A stretch of 39,047 nt of DNA from an uncultured Dehalococcoidia bacterium (GCA_964502665.1 CAZCXP010000004.1:1-39047), one strand, 5' to 3'. Positions 26,249 through 34,873 are shown, counted from the first letter of the stretch. Made by a program: numbers and translations. Notes: generated by a model not told the origin, from the sequence alone.

Positions 26249-27568
26249 ATGGAAAGTCTGGAGATAACGTATCTGATCCTCTCGCTCCTATTCCTGCTCG
26301 TGTGTGCCTTCTTTTCCAGCGCTGAGATCGGCTTCATCAAGCTGCAGCGAATCAAGCTCAAGCAGTTACAGGAAGAAGAGGTTCACGGCGCAGAGCGCGT
26401 GGCCAAGATAATGGAGCACCCAGAGAGATTCCTCTCCACTGTGCTCACCGGAATCAGCTTTGCTGAAACAATCGTTGTTTCCCTCGGCACGATCTTAATC
26501 GTTGCCCTGCTGGGCGAGGGTTTGGGAACGCCGATAGCCATCGTGATCATAGCAATAGTATTGCTCATATTTGCCAAGGTTATCCCCAAAACCATTGCCG
26601 CACAGCACCCAGAGCGAATCGCTCTCCTCTATGTGAGGCCAATCGAGATCATAACCAAGCTGCTCAATCCCGTGGTCAACGCCCTAAGCTGGATCACGAC
26701 GACGATTACCCGTACCAGCACTATGCCCAAAGCATTGATAAGCAGGGAGGAGATAAGCACCGTGATCTCCGCAGGCCAGGAGGAGGGTGTGGTGGATGCG
26801 CACTCAGCCAAGATGATGCATAGTGTGGTCAGATTGGGGGAACGCCAGGTGCGCGACATTGTGACACCTCGTACCGAAGCCATCTGGGTGGAGTTGGGGA
26901 CAACAATGGCTGATTTCCTGAAGCTATATGCACAGTATCCCGCCCAGCGCTACCCGGTCTACGAGGAGACCTACGACAATGTGAAGGGGATGCTCTCTAC
27001 CTGGGACGTGCTGACAGCCATGGCCCAGGGCACAATGGATCGCAAAGGATCAGTCACCGACCTCTCTCGTCCTGTTTATTTCGTTCCCGAGACTAAGACA
27101 GTCGGTGAGTTGTTCAGCGAAATGAGGGAAGAAGGCTACTTCATGGCAGTGGTCGTCGATGAATACGGCGGCTCCTCTGGCATAGTGAGCATCGACCAAC
27201 TGATCGAGGAGATTGTGGGAGAAGTTAAGGAGGAAATCGTGGGGGCTGGGAAATCGTTTGAGGTGGTCGGGGAGAGCGCGTACAAGATACAGGGCAGCAT
27301 GCGCATCAACGAGGTGAATGAACAAATGGGACTGGGGCTACCCGAAGGCGATTTCAAGACCATCGGAGGCTTCGCTCTCACCCTCTTCGGCCATCTACCC
27401 AAAGAAAGAGAACAGATAGTCTACGAAGATTTGAGGATCGTGGTTGCCCAGGTGAAGGATAACAAGATCGCCCGGCTGTTCGTCACTAGAGAGAGAAAAC
27501 CCGAGGAATCGGACGATACTGCCGCTGAGCCCCCTAGAGGAAAAAAGGGGAACAAAGAGCAAACATAG
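26249..27568 (+). CDS. CNNM/HlyC/CorC-family transporter (DUF21 + CBS pair + CorC_HlyC)
   Basis: Four N-terminal TM helices with the SSAEIGF block, a CBS pair (VRDIVTPR..., VVDEYGGSSGIVSIDQLIEEIVGE) and a CorC C-terminal domain. RBS GTGGAGGGG. Confidence 0.9.
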   Translation: MESLEITYLILSLLFLLVCAFFSSAEIGFIKLQRIKLKQLQEEEVHGAERVAKIMEHPERFLSTVLTGISFAETIVVSLGTILIVALLGEGLGTPIAIVIIAIVLLIFAKVIPKTIAAQHPERIALLYVRPIEIITKLLNPVVNALSWITTTITRTSTMPKALISREEISTVISAGQEEGVVDAHSAKMMHSVVRLGERQVRDIVTPRTEAIWVELGTTMADFLKLYAQYPAQRYPVYEETYDNVKGMLSTWDVLTAMAQGTMDRKGSVTDLSRPVYFVPETKTVGELFSEMREEGYFMAVVVDEYGGSSGIVSIDQLIEEIVGEVKEEIVGAGKSFEVVGESAYKIQGSMRINEVNEQMGLGLPEGDFKTIGGFALTLFGHLPKEREQIVYEDLRIVVAQVKDNKIARLFVTRERKPEESDDTAAEPPRGKKGNKEQT

Positions 27569-27834
27569 TCTTGACAGGGAAACCCATTCATCAGGGCAAA
27601 GAGGGGGCTCGACACTCATCGGGGTCGCAATCTTCACGACGAATGCAACAAGAGCCATCATCTTCATCTTCTCCTATTCCACTCGGAGCAGAGGGAGCTA
27701 TCGGGGGAATCAATCCGCTACAGCCTGCCAGACCCAGACTATCAGAAACAAAGGAGAGAAGAACAAGCAAAAGAGGTAATCTAGGCAGAGCACGATAATG
27801 GCAAAGTCAGGAGAAGACGAGCAACTGACTTCAC

Positions 27835-27863
27835 TTGCCAAGGCCCCAAGGCCGTGCTAGAAT
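27835..27863 (+). promoter_or_regulatory. sigma70-like promoter of tRNA-Lys
   Basis: TTGCCA (27835-27840), 17-nt spacer, TAGAAT (27858-27863). The tRNA starts 23 nt downstream. Confidence 0.55.
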
Positions 27864-27885
27864 GCGCAATAGTACGTACAAGAAC

Positions 27886-27962
27886 GGGGCGCTAGCTCAA
27901 TTTGGCAGAGCAACTGACTCTTAATCAGTGGGTTACAGGTTCGAGTCCTGTGCGCCCTACCA
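27886..27962 (+). tRNA. tRNA-Lys (anticodon CTT), CCA encoded
   Basis: Hand-folded cloverleaf. Acceptor GGGGCGC/GCGCCCT (G1-U72 wobble). D arm GCTC-AATTTGGCA-GAGC. Anticodon arm ACTGA-CTCTTAA-TCAGT. Variable loop GGGTT. T arm ACAGG-TTCGAGT-CCTGT. Discriminator A, then CCA. Confidence 0.9.
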
Positions 27963-27994
27963 TAGCTTCAGAGGGGGTCACTGATTCGACGGAT

Positions 27995-28213
27995 GCGGAG
28001 AAGGCTGGACTCAAAGGTGTAAAGGTTAATCCGCACACGTGGAGGCACACCAGTGCGGTTTTCTACTTGCGAGATGGCGGCGATGTGTTCACCCTACAGA
28101 AGAGGCTGGGACATAGAACGCTCGATATGACCCGCCACTACGCCAACCTGGCTGACAGCGATGTCAAGGCCGCTCACATGAGGCACAGTCCGGCTGATAA
28201 GCTAAAGACTTAA
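27995..28213 (+). pseudogene. Tyrosine recombinase/integrase, C-terminal remnant only (~70 aa)
   Basis: AGLKGVKVNPHTWRHTSAVFYLRDGGDVFTLQKRLGHRTLDMTRHYANL contains the HxxR, LGH and catalytic-Tyr boxes. There is no N-terminal core. The apparent ORF start (27902) runs through the tRNA. Confidence 0.7.
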
Positions 28214-28237
28214 TGACAGGCAGTCAGGGATAAAAAA

Positions 28238-28270
28238 GGAGACCTTCGACAAACGAAGGTCTCCTTTTTT
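28238..28270 (+). terminator. Rho-independent terminator (A-tract upstream, so possibly bidirectional)
   Basis: GGAGACCTTCG-ACAAA-CGAAGGTCTCC is a perfect 11-bp stem, followed by TTTTTT and preceded by AAAAAA. Confidence 0.85.
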
Positions 28271-28864
28271 ATTGTCTCAGAGGGTAGCGGCCTACAGTGG
28301 TGTACCCTGGCATCTAGCTTCATTGCACAATAGATTTTAGCTTCAGGCTGGTAAGGCTTAAACAAAGAACAGCAGCGGCCCTGACAGAACATCCTCTTAA
28401 GAGCTTCAAACTCTGGACAATTCCCTAAAAGGTGCAATGACACTGTGGTCTGCACGATGCTGATGACCTTGGGGCTGGGGTAGCAACATAATACTAACTT
28501 GTTGCAGAGAGGCTACACTTGCGGATTGGACAGATAGCGGGAAGCCTCATTGAACATAATGCAATATCGTTGAGCCAACCGCACCAGATGGACAAGTGTT
28601 ACCTTTGCTGGTTTCTCTGAAGAGGCTGGTGCTCCAAAACAGGTGTGCCTACGCAGAAGTAGAATCTTCATCCGGAAACGGGGCGTTCGAAAATGACTTG
28701 CTCTCGAAATGATGAGAGGACTTGGCGGCTCCAACGGCCGAAGTGAGGATTTGCGACCGTTCCATTTAGGGCTGCCATCCCATTGCGCCATGTGTTCGAG
28801 TCCCACCGCTGGCTTAACGCACGTGAACGCCAGCTTATGGTCAGCAGATACCATCTATCCCTTC

Positions 28865-29491
28865 TCAAAGTGGGCCCGTTGAATCCCGGCTCTTGCTCTT
28901 CTTCAGCTTGTCGAAGTTCTGTTTGCGGAACTTTGCAACTTTGGGAGCAATAACGATGCGGCAATAGGGCTGTTCATAGTTCCGCCCAAAGTAACCTTGG
29001 TGGTAATCCTCCGCCGGATAGAGCGCCTCAAATGGTGTAACCTCTGTAACGATTGGAGCATCCCAAATGTTGGCAGCATCCAGCTCCCGTATGACCTGCT
29101 CGGCAATCGCCTTCTGTTCTTCGTTGTGGTAGAAGATTACCGAGCGATACTGGGTTCCTACGTCCGCCCCTTGCCGATTCAATGTGCTTGGGTCGTGTAC
29201 GCTGAAGAAAACCTCCAGGATTTGCCTAAAGGTAATCACCTGCGGATCAAACGTGAGGTGCACCGCCTCAGCATGTCCTGTTCTGCCGGTACACACCTCG
29301 CTGTAGGATGGGTTGACAACGTTGCCACCAGAGTACCCCGTCACCACTTTCTCTACACCTCTCAGTTCCTCGAAAATAGCCTCTAGGCACCAGAAGCAGC
29401 CTCCGCCGAGAGTTGCAACTCCCGTGCCGCTGCCTAGATGGATTTGACTTTGCTCCTGGCTCACACGTGTATTTCTCGTTATTTTAGGCAC
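28865..29491 (-). CDS. msrA: Peptide-methionine (S)-S-oxide reductase
   Basis: GGGCFWCLEAIF active-site block, GHAE, DP..LNRQG.D.G.QYRS. Confidence 0.9.
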   Translation of the reverse strand: MPKITRNTRVSQEQSQIHLGSGTGVATLGGGCFWCLEAIFEELRGVEKVVTGYSGGNVVNPSYSEVCTGRTGHAEAVHLTFDPQVITFRQILEVFFSVHDPSTLNRQGADVGTQYRSVIFYHNEEQKAIAEQVIRELDAANIWDAPIVTEVTPFEALYPAEDYHQGYFGRNYEQPYCRIVIAPKVAKFRKQNFDKLKKSKSRDSTGPL

Positions 29492-29524
29492 TTATGGAAG
29501 ACGCCTGCTCATCTCTAGGTGACG

Positions 29525-30010
29525 TTATGTAGCTTCCCGCTTCAAGGAATTGTCTTGTTCTTTCATGAACTTCAGTGCCACCGAGTTAATGCAGTAGCGC
29601 TTGCCCGTGGGGGGCGGGCCGTCATCAAAGACGTGCCCCAAGTGTGCACCGCATCTTGCACAGAGCACTTCCGTTCGCCGCATGCCAAAGCTATTGTCTT
29701 CTTCGAGCCTGATGTTTAGATCAGAAACCGGTTCGAAGTAGCTTGGCCAGCCAGTCCCCGAATGGAACTTGGCTGATGTCCTGAACAGGTCTGTCTCGCA
29801 CCGGACACACTGATATACCCCTGGTTCTTTGATGTCATCGAAAGTGCACGTGAACGGTCGCTCTGTGCCCTTATTGGCAGTGATCCGGTGTTGGTCAGCA
29901 GTCAATATCTTCTGCCACTCCGCGTTTGTCTTGCGGATCTTATCAACATACAGTATCTTGTTCCGACGGCTATCGAAGATCGGCACTTTCTCCATGTTTA
30001 TGGCAAGCAT
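29525..30010 (-). CDS. msrB: Peptide-methionine (R)-S-oxide reductase
   Basis: Zn CxxC pairs (CVRCETDLF, CARCGAHLGHVF), GWPSY, RTEV.C. Confidence 0.9.
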   Translation of the reverse strand: MLAINMEKVPIFDSRRNKILYVDKIRKTNAEWQKILTADQHRITANKGTERPFTCTFDDIKEPGVYQCVRCETDLFRTSAKFHSGTGWPSYFEPVSDLNIRLEEDNSFGMRRTEVLCARCGAHLGHVFDDGPPPTGKRYCINSVALKFMKEQDNSLKREAT

Positions 30011-30171
30011 TACCGCTGAACCACTTCACATTTCAATGATAACATATTAATGGGGATCTATTGTCTCCATCCATGTCCTGCAGCGGCTGCTTTGGCAGTG
30101 AGACAAAAGTCGTATACACCAAGCCAAGGGAACATCTACGATTGTCTTAAGTCGTTGAGACGAGGTTAGCT

Positions 30172-30552
30172 GTGGCCAACAGGCTAGTTGGTGAGACGAG
30201 CCCATATTTGTTACAGCACGCACAAAACCCGGTGGACTGGTATCCCGGGGGATAGGAAGCTCTCAATCGGGCTGCGCGAGAGGACAAACCTATCCTTCTC
30301 AGCATAGGCTATTCTGCCTGCCACTGGTGCCACGTTATGGAGCGGGAGTCCTTCGAAAACGAGGAGATCGCCCGCATCCAGAACGAGAACTTCGTCAACA
30401 TCAAGGTCGATCGCGAGGAACTTCCCGACCTGGACGCAATTCATATGGAAGCAGTACAGGCAATCAGCGGTAGCGGTGGCTGGCCACTTACAGTTTTTTT
30501 GACCCCACAGGGGCGGCCCTTCTATGGCGGAACATATTTTCCTCGTGTGTAA
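30172..30552 (+). pseudogene. DUF255/YyaL-type thioredoxin-domain protein, N-terminal fragment with an in-frame TAG
   Basis: The frame reads [60 protein letters not shown]...[25 protein letters not shown]. The TAG is at 30253-30255. The ORF stops after about 125 codons, whereas I recall this family at about 650-700 aa. Confidence 0.75.
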
Positions 30553-30563
30553 GGAGAGGGCTT

Positions 30564-30668
30564 ATGCAAAATGACGTTAATGCTGACATCGAAAATGTGT
30601 TGACCCAATACCGCACCGTTGCTATAGTAGGTGCCTCGGATAATCCCAAACATCCCAGCCGCCGGTAG
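30564..30668 (+). pseudogene. CoA-binding (YccU-like) protein, 34-aa N-terminal fragment
   Basis: MQNDVNADIENVLTQYRTVAIVGASDNPKHPSRR* matches the start of CoA_binding_2 proteins (..IAVVGAS.NP.RPS..), which are about 140 aa. Confidence 0.5.
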
Positions 30669-30716
30669 TCAAGAAAATTCACAGTTAGCTTCCACAATCT
30701 AAGGGAGGACGCAATC

Positions 30717-31418
30717 GTGGAGAAACAAATACCAGAAGAGGAACTCCAGGACCATGATGGGCAGGATGGCCGCCCGGCTTACGTAGCCTTTCGAGGCAAG
30801 GTATACGATGTATCCGGTAGCAAGCTGTGGTCTGGGGGTATGCACCAACGTCGTCATCAAGCGGGAAAAGACCTCACGGCGGACTTCGCTGCTGCTCCCC
30901 ATGACGAAAGCGTTTTCCAACGTGTTACTGCGGTCGGCACACTGATAGGCGCAGAGTCGAAAGAAATGCACCCACTGCTGAGATTCTACCTTGACCTACA
31001 CCCACACCCGATTGCAATACACTTCCCTATCGCCCTTACAATGGCCGCTGCCGGATTCCTTATTCTGTATTTAGCCACGGAAATCGAAGGGCTGGTGGAC
31101 AGTGCCTACTACGCACTATTGACAGGCGTGATCATGTCGCCGATAGCCATCGTAACGGGTGCCAGTAGCTGGTGGTATAACTATCGACGCAAACTGACGT
31201 GGATATTCAAAGGGAAAGCCAGCTTGGCCATAACCCTGTTTGTCTTGGAAGTGGTCACCATCATATTATGGGCAATGAATCGCAACGCATTGTTTGACCG
31301 CGAAGCCATTGGCTGGCTCTACTTTGCGCTAGTCATAGTCATGGCTGGATTGGTGGTGTCCTTGGGCAAACTGGGTGGCGAGCTAGTATTTCCATCTAAG
31401 AAGAATCGGAGAAGCTAA
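30717..31418 (+). CDS. Cytochrome-b5-like heme/steroid-binding domain fused to a DUF2231-like 4-TM membrane domain
   Basis: GKVYDVSGSKLWSGGMHQRRHQAGKDLTADFAAAPHDESVF, then four hydrophobic helices. GTG start 8 nt after AGGGAGG. Confidence 0.8.
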   Translation: MEKQIPEEELQDHDGQDGRPAYVAFRGKVYDVSGSKLWSGGMHQRRHQAGKDLTADFAAAPHDESVFQRVTAVGTLIGAESKEMHPLLRFYLDLHPHPIAIHFPIALTMAAAGFLILYLATEIEGLVDSAYYALLTGVIMSPIAIVTGASSWWYNYRRKLTWIFKGKASLAITLFVLEVVTIILWAMNRNALFDREAIGWLYFALVIVMAGLVVSLGKLGGELVFPSKKNRRS

Positions 31419-31447
31419 GGTTGAGTGTCACGAACCACCAGACTTCG

Positions 31448-31963
31448 CTAATGGCCCCTGAGGGAGAACCTGTGCAGTGTGAAGTACTTGCGAGACCTGG
31501 TGATCCATTGCAGTTCTTCTTCCAACAGTGCTAGATGCCCCTCCTCCTCTCTGGCCAGCGACTTGAACATCGCCTTTCCACGAAGGTCGGGGGTGCTGTC
31601 TTCAGCCTCTTTGTAAAAGGCGATAGCCTCCTGCTCAGATTTGATTGCCTGTCGCAGGGCGTCGCGCTCACCTGCACTCGCACTAATTGTGCCCCTGGCC
31701 TCGGAAGGCGACGGGAACTCCGTCTTGTCGATGGGAGCGGTGGCCCTTTTCCATTCCAGCCACTTGTTTTCCAGCACAGACTTTAGCTGCTGCCTCAGCT
31801 TGGCGAGATGTCTTGCCTCCTCTTTGGCCAGCCAATTGAACATTCGTTTACCATCGGGGTCTTCAGCCACATCGGCTGCCTGGCGGTAGAATTTGTTAGC
31901 TCCCCTCTCCCTTTCAATAGCTAGCTTCAAAGCGTCGACGGCTTTCATGCGTCTCTTTGCCAT
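31448..31963 (-). CDS. Rubrerythrin/ferritin-like di-iron protein (no rubredoxin domain)
   Basis: Two ExxH half-sites (LAKEEARHLAKL, LAREEEGHLALL), each preceded by E...FY helices. Confidence 0.85.
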   Translation of the reverse strand: MAKRRMKAVDALKLAIERERGANKFYRQAADVAEDPDGKRMFNWLAKEEARHLAKLRQQLKSVLENKWLEWKRATAPIDKTEFPSPSEARGTISASAGERDALRQAIKSEQEAIAFYKEAEDSTPDLRGKAMFKSLAREEEGHLALLEEELQWITRSRKYFTLHRFSLRGH

Positions 31964-32225
31964 CTTTGTCCTCCTTCGGAGATAGTTTTGTTTTTATGCA
32001 AGGCTAAGACTCCTGTACTTGGTCTCATTTGTGGGAAGAAGGGACAGGATCTCTATCGCCCTCTTTCGAGCTGATTCCCAAACCTGGCGACAACCACCAG
32101 TGGGCTCTGCTCTATGAAGAAAGGAGCGCAGTTCCGCTGCCATGTTAGCTGCCCTGGCACGGCGATGGTCTTCACCTAAAGCTTTGTATCCCTGCAATTT
32201 TCCGGGACCTTCGCTTTTCCGACTA

Positions 32226-32846
32226 TCACTGCTCCACATCACGATCGGAATAGATAGCTTCGTTTCTCAAGATTCTTATCAAACGTATTGTTCTCATGGT
32301 TTCTTTACTGAGAACGTCTACAAAGGCGGAGGACAGCCCCAACGCCGCGAGCATGGCGAAGAAGGTGTTATCTATTGCTGGACGCAACCGCCTGGGAGCG
32401 CCCGCGGAGACATTGTTTATCCAGCAGGTAGTCCTTAGCGGAGGGTCAAAGGCCTCGGCCAGAGCGGGGAGGAGTTCACTCAGTGTCTTTGCGTGGCGCT
32501 GGCCCGCCTCACTGGTAACATGCAGCACTCCTGGATCGATAATAATGCGGTCGTTTGAGATGCCTGATTCGTTGGCAGCTCCCACCAGCACTGCGGCTGA
32601 TTTCAAAGCGTCTTCTACGCTGCTAGGTGCCAGGGGGTCAGAAATAAGAAGGATAACCTCGGCACCGTACCGGGCGGCCAGGGGCAATGTCTCTTCAAGC
32701 CTCTTGCTGTCCAGGGAAATGTAGTTGACAATGGGAGGACGATTGCAGGCCCGCAGTCCAGCCTCTAAGGTATCAGCGCTATTCGAACTCAGGCAAAGTT
32801 GACAGCCAGCTACATCCTGAACTGTCTCAACGGCGAACTCCATCAC
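32226..32846 (-). CDS. Pterin-binding (MeTr/AcsE-like) methyltransferase domain protein, N-terminally truncated
   Basis: Colinear with AcsE from about residue 56 onward (MEFAVETVQDV..CQLCLSS..., IIIDPG, INNVS, NTFFAMLAALGL). An upstream in-frame stop lies at 32886-32888, so the GERIN strand region is absent. Confidence 0.7.
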   Translation of the reverse strand: MMEFAVETVQDVAGCQLCLSSNSADTLEAGLRACNRPPIVNYISLDSKRLEETLPLAARYGAEVILLISDPLAPSSVEDALKSAAVLVGAANESGISNDRIIIDPGVLHVTSEAGQRHAKTLSELLPALAEAFDPPLRTTCWINNVSAGAPRRLRPAIDNTFFAMLAALGLSSAFVDVLSKETMRTIRLIRILRNEAIYSDRDVEQ

Positions 32847-32908
32847 CTCAGGCCTGTCATTATGTAATAAGCGTGTGCTATGAGATTAACAATGCCATCG
32901 ACCGCTTT

Positions 32909-33994
32909 TCACGTGACCTGTAGAAGATGTTGCCAGTTTCTTTGTAAGAGGTGCGGGTAAAAGCATTGGGGATCTGGACCGAGGTAATCTTCGTTGCCAC
33001 CGGCTCGGGCAAACGCCAGCGCTATTGCTCTGCAACCGCGACAAATAGACCAGTAACGGCACGACTGACAGCCGCCATGGTAGTCTTCACGGGTTCTCAG
33101 CGCCCATAGTATAGGTGACTCGGCCCACAGCTCACGGAACGAGACATCTTTGATATTGCCAATCGGCAGGTTCATACGGCGGCACGGCATGATAGTGCCA
33201 TCGGCGGCAATAGTCACGCCAAATACACCAGCAGCACAACCACCTATTGGCATATCTGTCTGAGGTATCTCTTCATCTACATCTATATCCGCAATAGTAG
33301 CAAGCGGATCCCGCGAGGTAACCACCACAGTGCTGCTGTTTCTATAGTCCCGTAACTGAGTGTAGAACGCAGCTACCTCTTCAGAGGACAATGCTTCGCT
33401 ACCCATCTCTCTGCCCCTGCCAGTAGGGACTAAGCGGGAGAAGGCAATAGCACTGATACCCAGTTCCTCAGCAAGACGAACCAGATCTCCAGTCTGCCCC
33501 ATGTTAACCCTTGAAACTGTAAGATTGACGCTGGTCGCAATGCCCTGAGCCACTAAGTTCCTGATGCCCTCAAGCGCGCGGTTGTAAGAACCGATGCCTC
33601 TTAAGCTATCATGAGTGCGTTCAAGGCCATCGAGACTAATTTGCACATCAGTTACGTATGCATCCCTTATTCGCCGTGCCAGAGAACCGTCTATTAGCGT
33701 TCCGTTGCTCATTAAGGATATTAAGAAGCCATGCTCGTGAGCGTAGCCCAATATTTCAAACAGGTCTTTGCGCAAAAGAGGCTCGCCGCCAGTAAAATGA
33801 AGGCTGGGCTCTAGTATCATTTCATGATCTATGGCCCAGCCTGCGACGGCACTTTTTATGTTGTCGATTGCCCCGCAGACCTCTTCGTACCTCATTTCCG
33901 GCACTGTTACCGATTGGTAACAATGCCGACATCTCAAATTACATCTCTCTGTCAGGTGAAACTGCACGAAGAAATTGTACGGGGTGCCCTTCAT
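32909..33994 (-). CDS. Radical SAM / SPASM-domain protein
   Basis: CNLRCRHC (CxxxCxxC) at aa 18-25, GGEPLL, and a C-terminal SPASM Cys cluster (GGCAAG...MPCRR...GCQSCRYWSICRGCRA...DPQC). Confidence 0.9.
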   Translation of the reverse strand: MKGTPYNFFVQFHLTERCNLRCRHCYQSVTVPEMRYEEVCGAIDNIKSAVAGWAIDHEMILEPSLHFTGGEPLLRKDLFEILGYAHEHGFLISLMSNGTLIDGSLARRIRDAYVTDVQISLDGLERTHDSLRGIGSYNRALEGIRNLVAQGIATSVNLTVSRVNMGQTGDLVRLAEELGISAIAFSRLVPTGRGREMGSEALSSEEVAAFYTQLRDYRNSSTVVVTSRDPLATIADIDVDEEIPQTDMPIGGCAAGVFGVTIAADGTIMPCRRMNLPIGNIKDVSFRELWAESPILWALRTREDYHGGCQSCRYWSICRGCRAIALAFARAGGNEDYLGPDPQCFYPHLLQRNWQHLLQVT

Positions 33995-34044
33995 TGTGTT
34001 GTGCTTATTGCCAAACTGGCAATCTACTTACCCTTTCACTGCTT

Positions 34045-34143
34045 TCAAGCGAGACAACTTCTGGAGATATTCTTGCTTTTCGCCAGCGCATCTTTTAGAC
34101 TTCGAAAAAATCTGGCCTCTTTTTCCCGCGTTTCCCCTCTCAC
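34045..34143 (-). CDS. Candidate 32-aa leader ORF upstream of the radical SAM gene
   Basis: GTG 8 nt after GAGAGGAGG. Peptide MRGETREKEARFFRSLKDALAKSKNISRSCLA. Supported only by the RBS and its position inside the leader. Confidence 0.25.
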   Translation of the reverse strand: MRGETREKEARFFRSLKDALAKSKNISRSCLA

Positions 34144-34211
34144 TAACTTGACCTCCTCTCTACCAGACTCGTAAAGGAGACCCCCGATAGGTTACCCTTT
34201 AGTGCTGAGAG

Positions 34212-34238
34212 ATTATATCAGAATTAACCGTTTGTCAA
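34212..34238 (-). promoter_or_regulatory. Consensus sigma70 promoter for the radical SAM transcription unit
   Basis: On the minus strand: TTGACA (34238-34233), 15-nt spacer, TATAAT (34217-34212). It lies about 210 nt upstream of the ATG at 33994. Confidence 0.55.
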
Positions 34239-34429
34239 GAAGGAATGCCCTTGATGCTTGGATAGACTTACTACCCTTCATCATCCAAACGACGCTGATA
34301 TTGCCGTCGAGGATCTCGTACAGGCACCGGGCCAGGAAAGGAGATGGCGACCGTCAAAGGCGGCGCAATAAGAAGATTTTTCGTGATAGGCATTGAGCCA
34401 GCACGGGATTTGGCCCGTATATGTACTCG

Positions 34430-34873
34430 CTATAGTCTGAGTTTTCCCCTAAAATATGTATCTGCCACCTTTTCCGCTTTGGCTTTCGCCCACGATTCCA
34501 ACCCCATCTTCTTTATCAAACACAAATTGAAAACCTTAGTATTGTGTGCCACTTCGTATGCCTGGTCTGCATATGGATGAAGATGGTCACATGGAAAATC
34601 AGAACACTCAAAACAGAAAGCAATGTTTTTCCCCTCAATACATCTATAGACACTACAGGGTTCAGTCATATTGAGAGCGGCTATTGTTCCCTTTTCGTTG
34701 CGGCATCCATGGCAAATCACCCGATCGTATGGAATACATCTTTTCTTCGCAATATCTCTTCTTAGCCTTTTGTCACCCTTTGCTAGAAACATGGGGCAAT
34801 TAAAACAATCTAATCCACAAGGCGAGGTCATCTGTTGAAAGTCCACCATGCCACCTGGTACATGTGGGTACAT
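34430..34873 (-). CDS. DUF3795-type Cys-rich protein
   Basis: CGLDCFNCPMF...ICHGCRNE...CSVYRCIEGKNIAFCFECSDFPCDHL. The start is uncertain (M1, M9 or M15). Confidence 0.75.
   Translation of the reverse strand: MYPHVPGGMVDFQQMTSPCGLDCFNCPMFLAKGDKRLRRDIAKKRCIPYDRVICHGCRNEKGTIAALNMTEPCSVYRCIEGKNIAFCFECSDFPCDHLHPYADQAYEVAHNTKVFNLCLIKKMGLESWAKAKAEKVADTYFRGKLRL

Noticed and set aside
27571-27798. 75-aa plus-strand ORF after the CorC gene
   Set aside because: It is a Ser/Arg/Gly-rich low-complexity sequence with no RBS, lying in the tRNA upstream region.
27902-27994. N-terminal part of the listed 103-aa ORF
   Set aside because: It is translated straight through the tRNA-Lys gene, so it is an ORF-calling artefact. 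Only the C-terminal integrase-like part is meaningful.
28785-28815. tRNA/tmRNA-like T-loop string GTGTTCGAGTCCCAC
   Set aside because: Only 3 of 5 T-stem pairs form. There is no acceptor stem, no CCA and no upstream arms that I could fold. It is likely chance or a highly degraded remnant.
30253-30255. In-frame TAG as possible pyrrolysine recoding, given corrinoid methyltransferase genes in the window
   Set aside because: The URO-D and corrinoid genes here have no in-frame TAG, and no pyl genes are visible. The TAG aligns with a conserved Glu (GAG) in DUF255 homologues as I recall them, and the gene is also truncated about 100 codons later. A nonsense mutation in a pseudogene is the simpler reading.
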